From Ylistrum balloti (taxonomy: Eukaryota), in NCBI RefSeq assembly GCF_031769215.1, contig NW_026782299.1:3844001-3908000 (forward strand): a stretch of 64,000 nucleotides of DNA, in the 5' to 3' direction. A program made the position numbers and the translations under genes. Below are positions 1 to 13,500 of the stretch, piece after piece (within the stretch, counting starts at the first letter, position 1; every line of letters begins with the position of its first letter). The notes under the pieces were generated by a model, which was given only the letters and a program-made list of their open reading frames with translations, had not been told where the DNA came from and did no database searches.

Positions 1-1263
1 GTGCTACTAATACAACCCAACAACTCCGGTATGTACGGAAGGGTCTTGACCCTTCACGCTGAATCCTATCAGTTACCTTGTTTTCTAGGTCACACTTATG
101 AAACCTGCTGACCATATCTTTAAAGAAAACAGCAAAACGAAGTATCATTTTAACAAACATGTCTATTTTTTTCCAACAAAATTTCATTTATATATATATA
201 TAGGTTTTTCTCCATTGATAACGAAATACGAATACAAATTCAAAACAACAACAAAGCTTAAAATGCCGTCATTTATGGTAAAAACCATCTTTCCTTGAAT
301 TATAGGATGTTTGGTTATAAATATGTCAGTTGATTTGATGAAGGGTATTTTATTAATGCATTGAAGATATTTTCAATACAAGTTAAAAATACCTTGTCTA
401 GTCCTCCGATAACACTGTTAGACATATTGATAACGTCTTCTATATAAATAGCGTTTTTTGACTATGTCTATTGTATATACCCATCAAAATTGGAAATCAA
501 GGACACGACTTTTACCAACCACGTACAACGTAACTAAATGCGGACAGCCTGTCACAATTCTTGGTGATAAGTGTTAGGAGATTTCAAATTCCCTGTTGTC
601 ATGGGTATTTTACATTTATTGATAGTAACGTTCTTACTTTTTCAACATATGATGTTAATTTCTCGCAGTAGATTCTGTATTCAATTGTTAGTTCCCAATC
701 TCACGATTTCAGTCGAATTTGTCACTCAACACAGTATTTCGAGAGATAAATGTTAAGATGAAAAGTATATGGAATTTAAATTATCTCATTGGGAAATATT
801 TAATTTCCTTATGTAATACGAGACCAGATTATCCTATGCTCGTTTATATACCTAGTGATTTCATAGTTATTTACCGTGTTCTCTAATGGAACGCATCATC
901 GCTCCATAGGATTGACCAATATTTAAATGACGATTACCTTGCAGAATACCTCATATTATTTTTCTTCCACTTTCTTGGCATGGGTTTCGGTGCCATTTCC
1001 TTGTCCTTACAAATTTTGTCTTTATTTCATCACCTTAAGATCTTGTTACCGTTCCTATGTTATGCTCTTTTGTTCGCGAAATCTATCAATATTGTCCGAT
1101 CATATGTCCGGTTTTAAGCCTTGCCCTCCACGGCGACAACACTGGAATGTGATCATGGTTGTCTACGTACAATTCTCAGGTGAAAATGTTTCATAACCTT
1201 ACTTGCATAATTCAAATTTCGGAAACACGCTCCAAAACATGTGAACTGGAACTACCCACCGCC

Positions 1264-1270
1264 TATATAA
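1264..1270 (+). promoter_or_regulatory. TATA box of the ApoD-like gene
   Basis: TATATAA lies about 60 nt upstream of the ATG at 1329. Confidence 0.55.
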
Positions 1271-1328
1271 GACGAGCGTAATTTCGGTAAAACTGCACAC
1301 TCTCCAGGACTCGAGTTTTAACACAACA

Positions 1329-3280
1329 ATGCTTAGACAGGTTTTCCTTTTGGCCGCGTTCGTGGCCCTTTCCTCGGCACAGTCATTCAGTTTTGGGGGA
1401 TGTCCTACAGTGACCACCCAGCAAAGTTTTGACCTCAATCAGGTAAGTCATATCATTTACAAGTAACGGGGTACAGCTATTTTTTTCAATGCAGAATTTG
1501 CGATATTCCTAATTTAAAAAACCAAATTAGTTTTCAAACTGTTTAGAGCCAGAATTCAATTTCTTTTTAATTAGTATAACTCATCCCAATTTTACAGTGA
1601 ATCACATAGATAGAGTTCACGTGTACAGTTTCCATGCGTATGGTTTTATCAATCCACCACAGTGAAAATCATACCCCACCTATCAAGAACATAACGAAAT
1701 TATATTTTGTTATTTTTTTCTTTTGTGTGTGTGGCGGGATTATTCGATTCCTTGACTGTTTAAAGGAGAAAAATCTTTAAATTTGAAATTTTTTATATAA
1801 GGATCGTTAATTGTATAAATAGATATATTGATAGATGGGATTGCCACATACAAGCCATCAACCATTCTTACTATGATAATAAGAATGAAAAAAAAAGAGT
1901 TAAAAATACCGATATTAAATATCTGAAAATATCACACGTATCAATATTGTACCGAAACATTTTCAACTGAAACCACTTTTATTCGAACTGTGCCCTCTGT
2001 CTGCAATTCCTTGGGCAACAGTGTTCAGTGTTAGGATTCAGCAAACTATCCGTTGGCCTCATACTTAATCAGTATTTTACACACTAAGAGAAACTCTCAA
2101 ACCGGTTGTTGAGCTTATGAACTGACAAAGGCTTTGTGATAACTGTTTACTGAATTAAGACCAATATATAAGTAAGCTTGTGTTTACATCAATTTTTTGT
2201 TAACTCTGACTATCTTACTTTCAGTATCTTGGGATATGGTATGAATTATACAGATTCCCTACCAGTTACGAGTCCGGACAGAGATGTATCACCGCCAACT
2301 ACACTCTTCAAGCCAATAACCATGTATACGTACACAATGAGGGACTCGAGTAAGTTAAAAAATGTCACGATCAACATCATAGCGAGTCAATAATTGTAGT
2401 TTTACTTCATGTTCTCTGATTGGAATGAATTGGAGTTAAACTCATCACATACTCCCTCTCCCTCACTCTCTCTCAAAATCCGGCTTTCGCTTTTGATCTA
2501 CCGTGGAATATTTTTAATTTATAATTTCTCAAAACAATTTGCTATATTACATTTTTTTCTCTATTACAGTCCTAAATCAGGCAAGCCTTCAATAGCCATC
2601 GGTGACGCTTACCAAAATGATGTCCAGAATTCTCCCTCTAAACTCAAAATTAGATTCGCAGCACGTAAGTTACCTACTGACCTCATTAATTATAATTTCC
2701 GTTATCACTGAAAGTTAGATTTGATAATTTCTCTAGAAATCGTACGTATGTAATAAATTGAATATTATATTGATTGCTAATTAGCTAAAACCGGAAGTCG
2801 ATACTAACGTTACAGGACGAATGTCAAGGAAAGTGATGTCACAAAAATCGGTGTTCGTGTTCATTTATTTGTTGCTGTTGTGAATTATATAGTTTTCAAT
2901 ACGAAACTTCCTTTATTTGAAATCGACGTTACATTTTTTTTTCATTTTTACGACCTTTTTCAAAAGTTCACACATTTAAATGAAGTTTTTTGACGATAAA
3001 ACAAATCGAGAAATCAAAAATCGTATCTATAAAAAAATGATTTTGCTCTGCTACAGATACGCCTTACGGAAACTACTGGGTACTGAAAACAGATTACACG
3101 TCATATACACTCATCTACTCTTGTATCGACATCGTCGGAATCAGCCATCTAGAACAAGCATGGATTATGTCCAGAGAACGATCTCTCTCACAAGCCAAGA
3201 TTGACGAGTTGATGAATGTCTTCAAAAGTTTTAACATTGATACAAACCACTTTGTGAAAGCTGACCAGGCTAACTGCTAA
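1329..3280 (+). CDS. APOD: Apolipoprotein D-like lipocalin, 185 aa, 4 exons (1329-1442, 2225-2349, 2570-2664, 3057-3280)
   Basis: All introns are GT-AG with consistent phase; CDS is 558 nt. The translation has a signal peptide (MLRQVFLLAAFVALSSA), GGCP, the lipocalin motif FDLNQYLGIWYE (GxW), YWVLKTDYTSY (TDY), AWIMSR and a terminal DQANC, which is the ApoD pattern. Confidence 0.92.
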
Positions 3281-4726
3281 ACACAAATTTTAAAACAGAC
3301 ATTTTGTTTATCATAGTTCAAACATTACAAAAGCATTCTATATATATAATGTCACGAAATGTTGGAAACCGGGATGTTCAACATTCTCGTCATACCTGTA
3401 AATTCATCATGTTGCTTTTATTGCACTGTAAATACTGAAACGTTTTAAAAATGTTATGATTTATAAAATAAATTTTTAATATAGTAACTTTTTGTTAGAG
3501 TTCTTTGTCTTATGTAAACTGTAAAAAACATACATTTTCGTGGTGCTCTCATTTTGTGAGAAAAAGATAATCATTTCTTTGTTGGCACTTTATTTCGGAG
3601 GTTAAACGTACTCACGAATGCCACGGGTACTTAATACTTATGTCAAAATTAAATGCTTATCTAAATATGGAAATACGAATTCGCAAATTACAGTATCCAT
3701 GAATTCAAATGTAATTAAGAAGCAGACAAAATTATGAATCTTGCCGTTTTCAAAGTTATTGACCTCGAAAATAGCATACATCATAAAAAACATTGTTTCT
3801 ACACGGAGGTTTTCATTGATAAGATTATTGATAAAAGTACCTAGCGTCTGTGACAACAAATAGGTTTACTTTCTATTGCTCTCGAAAGGTACATAAAAGG
3901 TGACCATATTTATTGAACAGAAATCATACAACTACAAAATATCAACAACAAAGTTATTCTATATAGGCACTGATTTGGACCTTAATCTCCGTACGTAAAA
4001 TATCCATATCTTTCTCCTACTTTATACAGATTTTGGTTGATATTGAGTTAATGGAGGCGTAAATGTTTCATACGTGAAAAGAAAGGGAGAGATTTTTAAA
4101 GTATTTATCTATTATCATACTGCATGCAATAAGGTATGTTTGTCTGCTAAGCTCTGTCATGTATGACGACCGTGAATGTCATTCCAAGACAACTCCATGC
4201 TTAGCTCAGCTTTCTGAGTTTAGAAATATGTTTGAAACAAAATCATAAACAAAATCAACATTCATTCTCAGCTTGAACTACAAACTATAGGAAAAGTTCA
4301 AAAAAAGAAAACGGTGAAAGAAAAGGGTAAAAAAACAAAACAAAAATCAGAAAATAATACCATTGATTATCTAAATTTCAGTTATTTGTAATTAGTAAAA
4401 TTTCTCGGCGTGAACATTTCGTAACGTTATCTTCGTCCAAACAAATACATGTACTGACATAATTTTTTTGGATTATACAGCCCTGTTATGTACTTGATAT
4501 AAAAACAACGTTGATTGTCAGGGGGGAAAACTGAAATTTAAAGTCGAAAATTATCAGAATATATCAGAAATCTCTTTTCAGATAAATAACTTCCTAAATA
4601 AACGAAAAGAAATAAAAATAATGATCAAGTCCTTTTTATACATAACTGATATCTCATCTGGAAAACACACCGGACAAAAGGCCTAGTTTATGTGTGACTA
4701 GGCATGGACGTCCCCGATTATACACC

Positions 4727-4738
4727 GGTCACATGACC
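4727..4738 (+). promoter_or_regulatory. E-box/CLEAR-like near-palindrome GGTCACATGACC
   Basis: Lies about 95 nt upstream of the isomerase ATG; one mismatch from GTCACGTGAC. Motif match only. Confidence 0.3.
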
Positions 4739-4833
4739 GTTCAAAGTTTAAACACAGTGTTACTAAATTTAGTAACCGCTCCAGTGTTAATTTGACAGCT
4801 ACAGTCGATCGACTGGAGGCTAATTTATTCGTG

Positions 4834-6263
4834 ATGTCGACAGATAAAGTTACTGTGGAATTCACTGAAGATGGATTTGCTATCCTGACGATGAGAAATG
4901 GTCAGAATCGTTTGAATAGCAAGTTTATACAGCTTCTCAATGAAAACCTCGATAAGGTTCTCAGGTAAGCAATGTGGATAAGGGGAGGTAATTTTTATAT
5001 CAATATCAGCTGAAAAGTTTACGAAAACTGTTTACATTTTAAATCATTTTTATCTTGCTTTTAGCATCTATATTGAGGGGTCAAATAAGTAAACTTCTGC
5101 AAGTTCATTTACAAAATGATATTTTATATGCATTGGAGTGAGGGTATAACACTCATCTACATATTTTCTAGTTTTGAGACGCCACATGATTTGTAAAAAT
5201 CATTTTAAGATATTGGAAATATTCTACAACTTTCAGAAATAAAAACTGCAAAGGTTTGATAACAACTGGTGAAGGTAAATTCTACAGCAATGGTGTAGAT
5301 TTAGAATGGATGATGAAACAGAACAAAGAAGTTCATTTGAATTTCCGCACCGAAATCCAGGGTTTGTTTTGGAGAATCCTTCATTTTCCACTCCCGACAG
5401 TTGCTGCACTTAATGGTGAGTGTTAATTAAGTCAGCCGTTAACCAGGCAGTCTGTTTTATGTTTGTTTTGTTTTGTTTTTGAGGGGGGATATCTTTTGAT
5501 TTGTTATATTTTTTTTTTATTATCATTTATTTATTTACTTCAGTATTGCTAATATTTCATTATCATTCTATATTTTTTCCGCAAAAGTATCCGTTTTATA
5601 TCATTCGTTCGTTTTAGGCCATGCATTTGCTGGTGGTGCTTTTTTGGCTATTGCGCATGACTACCTTGTGATGAATTCCAAAAAAGGCTGGTTTTCCATG
5701 AATGAAACACGTGTTGGGATGCGCATTCCCCCTGCTACGCTGGAGGTCCTCAGGTGAATAATCCACAATGTAACACGGTGAGGGACGGGTAGGGGGGATT
5801 ATACAAATCTTTATAAGTTTTTGTGACATTAAACATGTGCAGGTGTCTACTATGTAGGAGATGAACATGACTGGTTTTGTTTATATTCTCTGTCGTGAAA
5901 TGGTGAGGTGCATATGTATTAATTATTTTGACAGCCTAAGAAGAAACATTCCGCTATACATCACCATATTTATTTATTTCTATTATTTATTTATTTATTT
6001 ATTTCAACAGTGTAAAAATGAAAAACAAACAAGCAGTACGAGAGGCAGTCCTGTTCGCCCGATCAATACCAGCCAGTGAAGCCAAGAGCCTCGGTCTGAT
6101 CGACGAGGTGGGAGAGTTATCTACCCTTATAGAAACCGCCAAGAAATTGATACTCGGAGCTTTGGGCCCAACTGGCCTCGACCGCGATATGCTTCAAGTG
6201 ATGAAGAAAGATTTATACCCTCGAACTCAATTGGACAATGGAAACACGAAATCAAAGTTATGA
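4834..6263 (+). CDS. Peroxisomal enoyl-CoA delta isomerase-like protein (crotonase superfamily), 232 aa, 4 exons (4834-4964, 5237-5415, 5618-5753, 6011-6263)
   Basis: GT-AG introns in phase; CDS is 699 nt. Crotonase motifs GEGKFYSNGVDL, PLPTVAALNGHAFAGG, AHDYLVM and MNETRVG are present. The C-terminus is -SKL (PTS1). Confidence 0.88.
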
Positions 6264-7974
6264 AAAACGGAAGCAGGTTTTTATTAACTCTTAAACTTGG
6301 ATTGATGACCACAGAAAACTCAATCTTATTGATAAGTCGGACATTGTAGGGTCGCAATGAAGGAGTTATAAGAATATATATATATATATATTAATCGATT
6401 GTTTTTGTACATATATCCCAGAAAAATGTAATGTTGACGCATGATTTCATATGACAGTTAACATTTTAAATAAGAACTTTAACGTTCCATGTATGTTTGC
6501 TGCTTTCGTTTACTGAAACAATACACAGTATGTATACGATGTATAAAACCAGGATATTATGATTAATTTCAAGAGAATGTTAGCGAGCCTAGCTCTAGCA
6601 ACCCTTGAGATGCAAGCCCAAAGATAGCACGCGCGATGATATTTTATCAACCATAGACTTGATTGCCTGCCGTTTTCTTCAACATATTTTTCTAAGACGA
6701 AGCAGAGGGAGAAACTGAAACACGCTGTTATATATTAAAGATATCAAACCATAAAGCCTGTAAACTTTAGTGAGGTAAATAAACTTGCTTTCCTTAGAAA
6801 AGAATCCAAGATTTCTGAGTACGTTGTAGGAATATTTTGATTAATATTGTCATTATTTTATTTATTTAAAGACAGAAAGTCTCGGTCTATTCATAACTGC
6901 TTCACTATTTGACAAGGCCCGTTTTGTATTCAGTTATTTGTTAACATTCTCTGGCAGTTCCTGTAAGGTTTAATGTTTACAACTGCTTACAAACACAGAC
7001 ATGAGTTGGATGAAATCTCTAGAAACGGTGCTTGACAAAGTGTTTTGTGATTTTGAAAGAACTATTTATTGTCATGGAAGATTTTTACATTAACAGTTTA
7101 CAGGATCGTTTTATCGTTAATCAGCATCGTTATAGTATGTGTAAAAATTTCGACATGACAAACCTTATAACAGTCGCTACAAGAGTTCAGCAAGATGATG
7201 GACCGTGTATAGTTTATATATGAACTACCAAACCAGAGAAGATATCGCGTACAAAAGATCCTATTTTACCTCCGTGTGACCATTTTCCTGGGAGTGCGGT
7301 AAGAACTAATAATTAAAAAGTTGAAAAACCAAGAACATTATTCAGTATAGATTTATGCAAAAAAATCGACCCTTTCGGTGCAGATATTGAAAATGTACCG
7401 TGGTCATGTTTTGTATGTTTTTATGACGTAAAAGACATGTTTACATACTTAAAAATATTTGGTCCTTGTTGTTGTTGATAAGCATATCCTTATTTGGGAA
7501 AGGAAAATACGAGAATTGTGGCATGATGACATAAATGTAGCTATACAAATACATAACAAACACGGGCATGAGGGACATATTGTACTGTAAATGGAGAAAT
7601 ACAGTAACTTCTATGATAAGATCTTCAAAATCTCATTTTTCAGGAATGTTCTAGATCAATGTAAAAAATAATAATAACAAAAGCTATTGGCATAATTACA
7701 AGAAGTTATGTCCCAAACAAATCTTCATTCATACCTAGTTTAGTAAAAGACTCCAATGATTATGAGCCAACTGATGATATTGAGAAATTGTTTCAATGAG
7801 TATTTACAAACATAGCAACCCAATAACCAAATATAAATGAAATGTGAAAATGACCCCTCCAATCTATCGAAAAAATTTGAAATGTACACTTAAAAAAACT
7901 AGATGGCAATGTTTTTTTATATTCCAAAATGTGGTTTTGTGTCTAAAATGTACAGGATATATATCAGTAATCAA

Positions 7975-8250
7975 CATGACATGTTTTGAAATTCCTAGTA
8001 TGTTGGAAGAATTCTTACCTAGAATAGGGTTGGTGGTGAAGATAAGGTCTAGCTGGTTGTTGTCTCTAGCTGGGTATTCATGCAGTCGTGCTATCGGTAA
8101 TATTTTATCAATCAGTCTCCTTTCTACTTCTTTGTTTGTCGCTTGTTGGTTCGCCGTCTGTTTTTTCCCAGTTTATGTTTGGGCAGTTGAAGTCACCAGC
8201 TAGTATAAAATCACTGTTGTTTTCTTCCATAACAAGTGTTTTTTCTAGTC
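7975..8250 (-). mobile_element. Degenerate non-LTR retrotransposon (LINE) apurinic-like endonuclease fragment
   Basis: Minus-strand translation gives FILAGDFNCPNINWE and then, after a stop/frame break, PARDNNQLDLIFTTNP...NILGISKH. These match the GDFN, LDL.F and GISDH motifs of LINE endonucleases. Confidence 0.7.
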
Positions 8251-10507
8251 CCCCAATGTCATAGATGTTTCTGTTTGGCTTTCCTTGTTCATTACGCTGT
8301 ATGTTTGGTGTTTATCTACAACGTCAACAGGTGTCGTAAAGCGTCTTCAGAAAATAGATTTTAAGATAATTCATGAAGTTGAAATTGAGTTGGGGAGAGT
8401 TGAATTTTCCGCGATCGTCGGTGATACACTGTCTATTGTGTAGCACACACGAAAGCATCGTCTTCAACAAACTATGTATCTCATTGAAGTTAGTGGCATC
8501 AAAAGATATCATGTTAATATGATTATAATACATTTATGTAACCAGTTTCAATTCCATATATGAAAAATGACCAATATATGACGATTTCATTTTATTTGTA
8601 CATGAAGTATCTGATAACGGGTCACTTGGAATCATTTGTGTTGGACTTCACCTGTATGAGTACATTTTGTACATGTCTCCAGTGATATTAACAACAAATC
8701 TTGTTCACCTGTTCTATTTTTTCACCAGTGATCTAAATCTGATAAATCTTCAGAACGTTTATCAGTAGGTATCAGCTACAGACAAATTGCACCAAGATCG
8801 TTGGAGTCACTGATTAAAAGTACATATCCAAAGGGGCGTGTAAGGGATCATGTGACAAACACGTGCAACACGTGATCTAAGTCCGTCATATTTCTGTATT
8901 TTTTCGTTTAACAATTAACTGCGTCTATGTAAGCGTGATGTTTTTCACTTCCATCTGACATAATTCGACAAAAACCACCATGGAAATTCTCATGGTTCTT
9001 TATGTCACAAAAACTCTGGCTTAAATGAAGGTAGGAAGGTAGTCCTAAATACGCTGTCTGTTTCACAGACTGCAGGCACACCAATTTTCATGTTGTGTGT
9101 TTGAATTACACACGTAAATTCAAAATAAGGTACAAGGTAAGAGTAAAAGGTAAAAGTAAATGGACAGGTAGTGTTTCAAATTACATAACATAAGACTTGA
9201 TATGACGTACAAAACGCCGGGACAATCCAATTATATACAGGAACAATTATCACCAAACGGTCTATACCAAGATCAGCAATTTACGAGGCGTAAATGTATT
9301 GTACAAAACATGGCATTTCACCTCATCGAAAACTTACGAGACTCTATGCACGCTCTGTCGTTTGAATCAAGTGAGGGGAGGGAGGGGGTTGCACTGAATT
9401 TCCAAAATGTCATCTCACTATGGAAGATAGTTGATTTTCTAAATTCAATTTGATAAACAAAACCATGGTATTTATTTATATTTACATTCACATATATAAG
9501 TGTTTGGATATAACAATAAATATATGTATAGCAATCAAATTTTAATTCAAATCTGTATCATCATATTCACAAAGTCATGAATAAAGTAAAGCATTGTTAT
9601 ATTGTAAGAAATCAAATTGCACACATTGGTTTTGTTATTACCATTCGTCCAAACATCACAGTAGAGACAACAAAGATCGATATAAACTAATATATGTTAG
9701 CTGTTTTTTTATATATCTAATTAATTATCACACCGTATCACAAACATAAGTGTATGGCGTGATATAGACAACATATAGAAATCCAACAACTGCCATACAC
9801 ACGATTAGTACACACGTGTAGAATAGTCCAGCATCCACATCGTCCATAAGACAATTTGCCACTGTGATAATGTTAAACACATCAAAATTTACTAAAAATC
9901 GAAGATTTCCAAATTCTGCAGTCGGTGCGAGCAAGCAGTAAAAAATGACTTTACAGTCCAAATCAGGAATTATCTTCCTTTGTCATTTGTCTTTCATGAA
10001 GCAATAATTAAAATACATCTCCGTTTCATTTCCGAAATTTTGATTCTAGGCAGTCATCGTCACCGTCTATCATCGACACACCGGATGTAGCTACGCGTGA
10101 AGCGGAAAAAAAACATAGCAGTGACAGGAAGTAAGAAAATCGTTGGTCTCATTGTTTCAGGAGGACCCACACTTCTATTGGAAACGCTAACTGAGAAATT
10201 TGAATGTGTCATAATAAAATTATTTGACAAAATATGTGGGAGTGATGTACAGGAGGTGGAGAGATTATAAAAGCGAAATTGGTTTCATTTCATGCCAAAT
10301 ATTTCGCCTGAATTGTTACTTACAATTACAACCAATCATTTTATTGTGACTAAATGAAATGAAAACTGTATAGCATGTTTACTTATTTCGAAGAGCGTAA
10401 TGATATTCCAAGCAGCAAAAACAAATCTGTGCTGACTATCTGTACTACCATAAAATCCGGGCATTTAATCATTGATGTTTTCCAAGTGTCTAACAGTGGC
10501 ACTCTGT

Positions 10508-13500
10508 CTATTCTGGACGCGCTGTCTGTGGGCGATCTGTAGCAATTTGTGGACTTCCGGTATCAACTGGAGGACTTCCGTTCCCTGTTGGAGGACTTCC
10601 GTTCTCCGGCGAAGGATTTCCGTTATCTGTTGTACTTGATGGGTGTGTTCCGTCATCTGTTGGAGAAGTTCCGTTATTTGTTGCAGGATTCCCTTTGTCT
10701 TCAATGGCTTTTTGACTTCCAAATGCATCATTGTTCTGTAACAAAACATGTATAAAGCGATTAGGTCTGCTGAAAATATATACAATTTCTACACTAAATT
10801 TTAGATACAGGAGCTGGTGTAATTGAATAAGTTTGATATAATGATATATAAAAGGAGCATCAGTTTACAGGTATGTGTTTCTGACCCCTGGCTTTTTAAC
10901 GTGAACTTGGGGTTATGATACCATGGTGTGTTATTATGAATAGATTTGTAAAGGTTTTAAGATAGCTTGTACTCAAGTCCTTTATTTGGAAAGTGGTTCA
11001 GCGTGATATAAACTAAATTGGTGGAGACGTTCATAAGATATCTTGTAGACAAGCTTTGGGTGACGGACGTACGTTTATAAGATATCTTGTGGACAAGCTT
11101 TGTGTGACGGACGTACAGACAAAACTTTTTTACGAAATAATGGGAATTAAAAGACAAATTTAAACTGCTACATGATTTATTGAACCTAAAACAAAGCACT
11201 GTTGTTCTATTTCACTTCGTTCTGTAATCGTGAAGTGATCAGAGTTGATAATATATATATGTGTGTGTAATCATTACCTGAAACTGAAACTTGGTACATA
11301 GCAAATAAATCACCTACTTTTGGATTGTCCGAAATAACAGTGATATCTAGATAAATAAACAGCTCTCACCTCGATTTCCGGGTCGACCTTCTGCTTCCTT
11401 TTCATCTTCTTTAGTAAACCGAATATCAGCCCGCTCAAACAACAAGCGGCAGATAGGATACTGGCAGTTGCGATGAGACCGGTAGCTACTGGCGACACTG
11501 GAAAATGAACGATTTGTCAACTGTAACTTTATCTAAGTTACGTAGGCTTGCTGCCAGTTACAAATGCAACCCCCCTCCACCCAGACCCCCAATGAAAAAG
11601 AAGGAAGGGGTCTTCTGATTGTGTCTTCAATGTATAAAACACTTAAAACGTTATGGGGTTTTCCCTTTCAGTTATGCTTAACATAGTACTGTTATTTTTT
11701 CGGTCATGATAATTAATTATATGATATAGACATATAAACGGTCGGTTTTGTTTTACAAGTTTACTTTACATGGCAAATATTCATCTATTAAATAATATGA
11801 CATGTAAAGCTATATCTTATGCTATAAATGTACGATGTTTATCGAAATGTGTATTGTTTTTTGCCAAGTGATCCACTTCTGCCGTAACAATTGTACATAC
11901 ATCGATGTAGATATTATATTAGATAAGAAAAATAATAACTACAGGACATTTAATGAGCCTGACCAATTGGTACAAGGGATTTATAGTTCTACAAAGTAAA
12001 TAATGCTGATATATATAAATAGAAACACTTTGCCTTGAATGTTTTTCACGGAAAAACGACAATCTGGAATATGAAAATGATGACAGAAAACAGTAAACAA
12101 TGTAAGTGATAAGAAAAACTATTATCATAACTCAGATCGGTAATAAAAGGAGAGTAAGGCCAGATGATATCTGTGTGAATCGAGATCAGATTTAAGTAAT
12201 GTCACGTTCCTAAAGTAACACCTCCGGCAATATCAATGAAACATGTTATATGTTAGACTCACGGCCTCCGTCATCTTGTCCATCCTGGCCATCCCTCAAA
12301 GTACTTCTTGTAGCTTGTGAATTTGTACCGCCGGTTCCTGTGAGTATTGTGCTGCTAGTGGTTGCCTTAGATCCTCTGAATCCAGTCGTAGTCCCTACAC
12401 TTCTCGAAACAGTTTTAGAATTCGCTCCCGAATGTCCACCTGAGCTCGTTCTGGTTGAGGGAATTGCGGTGCTGACATGTCTAGAACTTTGTGCGTGAAA
12501 ACTAGTCCTGCTTGTTGACGCTGTTTGCAAATAGAATAAGCAAGCACAAATGAAGCGCCCCTTTGGATTTTACATAAATACGATGAAGCCGTTAGCTTCC
12601 TCAGATTGGAATTTTTTCAGATGTCAAAGTTCAACTGCAAATAATGAATACATCAATATTTTGGGTAACCAGGGCTTTATGTTTATTTTTTGTGATCTAC
12701 TGATTACCATTTTCGATTCCAAACATAAGGACAAGCAATTTCTACTATTTCACTTCTTTTCTTCAATGTAAAATCATCTATTGTCGTGGGGTTCAATGTT
12801 CGTAGTTCTTCAAAATTTTGCCATTTCGTGGACATTTAATTTCGTTGAGAATTATCGTTCGATAAATATACTTACAGTGATTTAACAATTCGTGGACAAA
12901 TGTATTCGTGGATTATGAGTAACAATGATAACCAAAATTTACCCCTCACGAAAATTAATTGCTTTTTAATTACTTTTTAATTAAATAATTACATGGTCAT
13001 GTCAAGTCATTTCTTCCGTCGTAACAAGGATCGATATAGGCCTGAAACATTTATCACCGCCTAAAAGGGAGTAAAAGTAAATCAGTGGTATTTACCAGTA
13101 GACTTTGTTGAAGTCGATGTGACTGTTGCTGACCTTGCGGTGGTAGATGTTAACACGGGTACCGATGTTATGGGTAAGAAAGACGTTGTCAAACGACTCG
13201 TCGTGCGAGTTGTGAGAGGTGTTGAGTGAGGACGAGACATGTTGGATGTAGTACCAGTAAAGGGGGACGTGCTGGCTTTAGCTGGAGTGGTTGGAGGCGG
13301 ACCTGTCATAATTCACATGAAAGTCTTCATACAGTGAAAACAAAACAAATTNNNNNNNNNNNNNNNNNNNNNNNNNNNNNNNNNNNNNNNNNNNNNNNNN
13401 NNNNNNNNNNNNNNNNNNNNNNNNNNNNNNNNNNNNNNNNNNNNNNNNNNNNNNNNNNNNNNNNNNNNNNNNNNNNNNNNNNNNNNNNNNNNNNNNNNNN

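Noticed and set aside
1199-1438. Minus-strand ORF MRSKLCW...
   Set aside because: It is the antisense shadow of ApoD exon 1.
1329-6263. ApoD plus enoyl-CoA isomerase as a functional lipid-metabolism cluster
   Set aside because: Adjacency of two genes is not evidence of co-regulation without synteny or expression data.
11278-11283. Possible 6-nt microexon TTTCAG flanked by AG and GTAATG, between the TM exon and the last exon
   Set aside because: It is phase-compatible, but the gene model works without it and such short matches are common; it needs junction reads.
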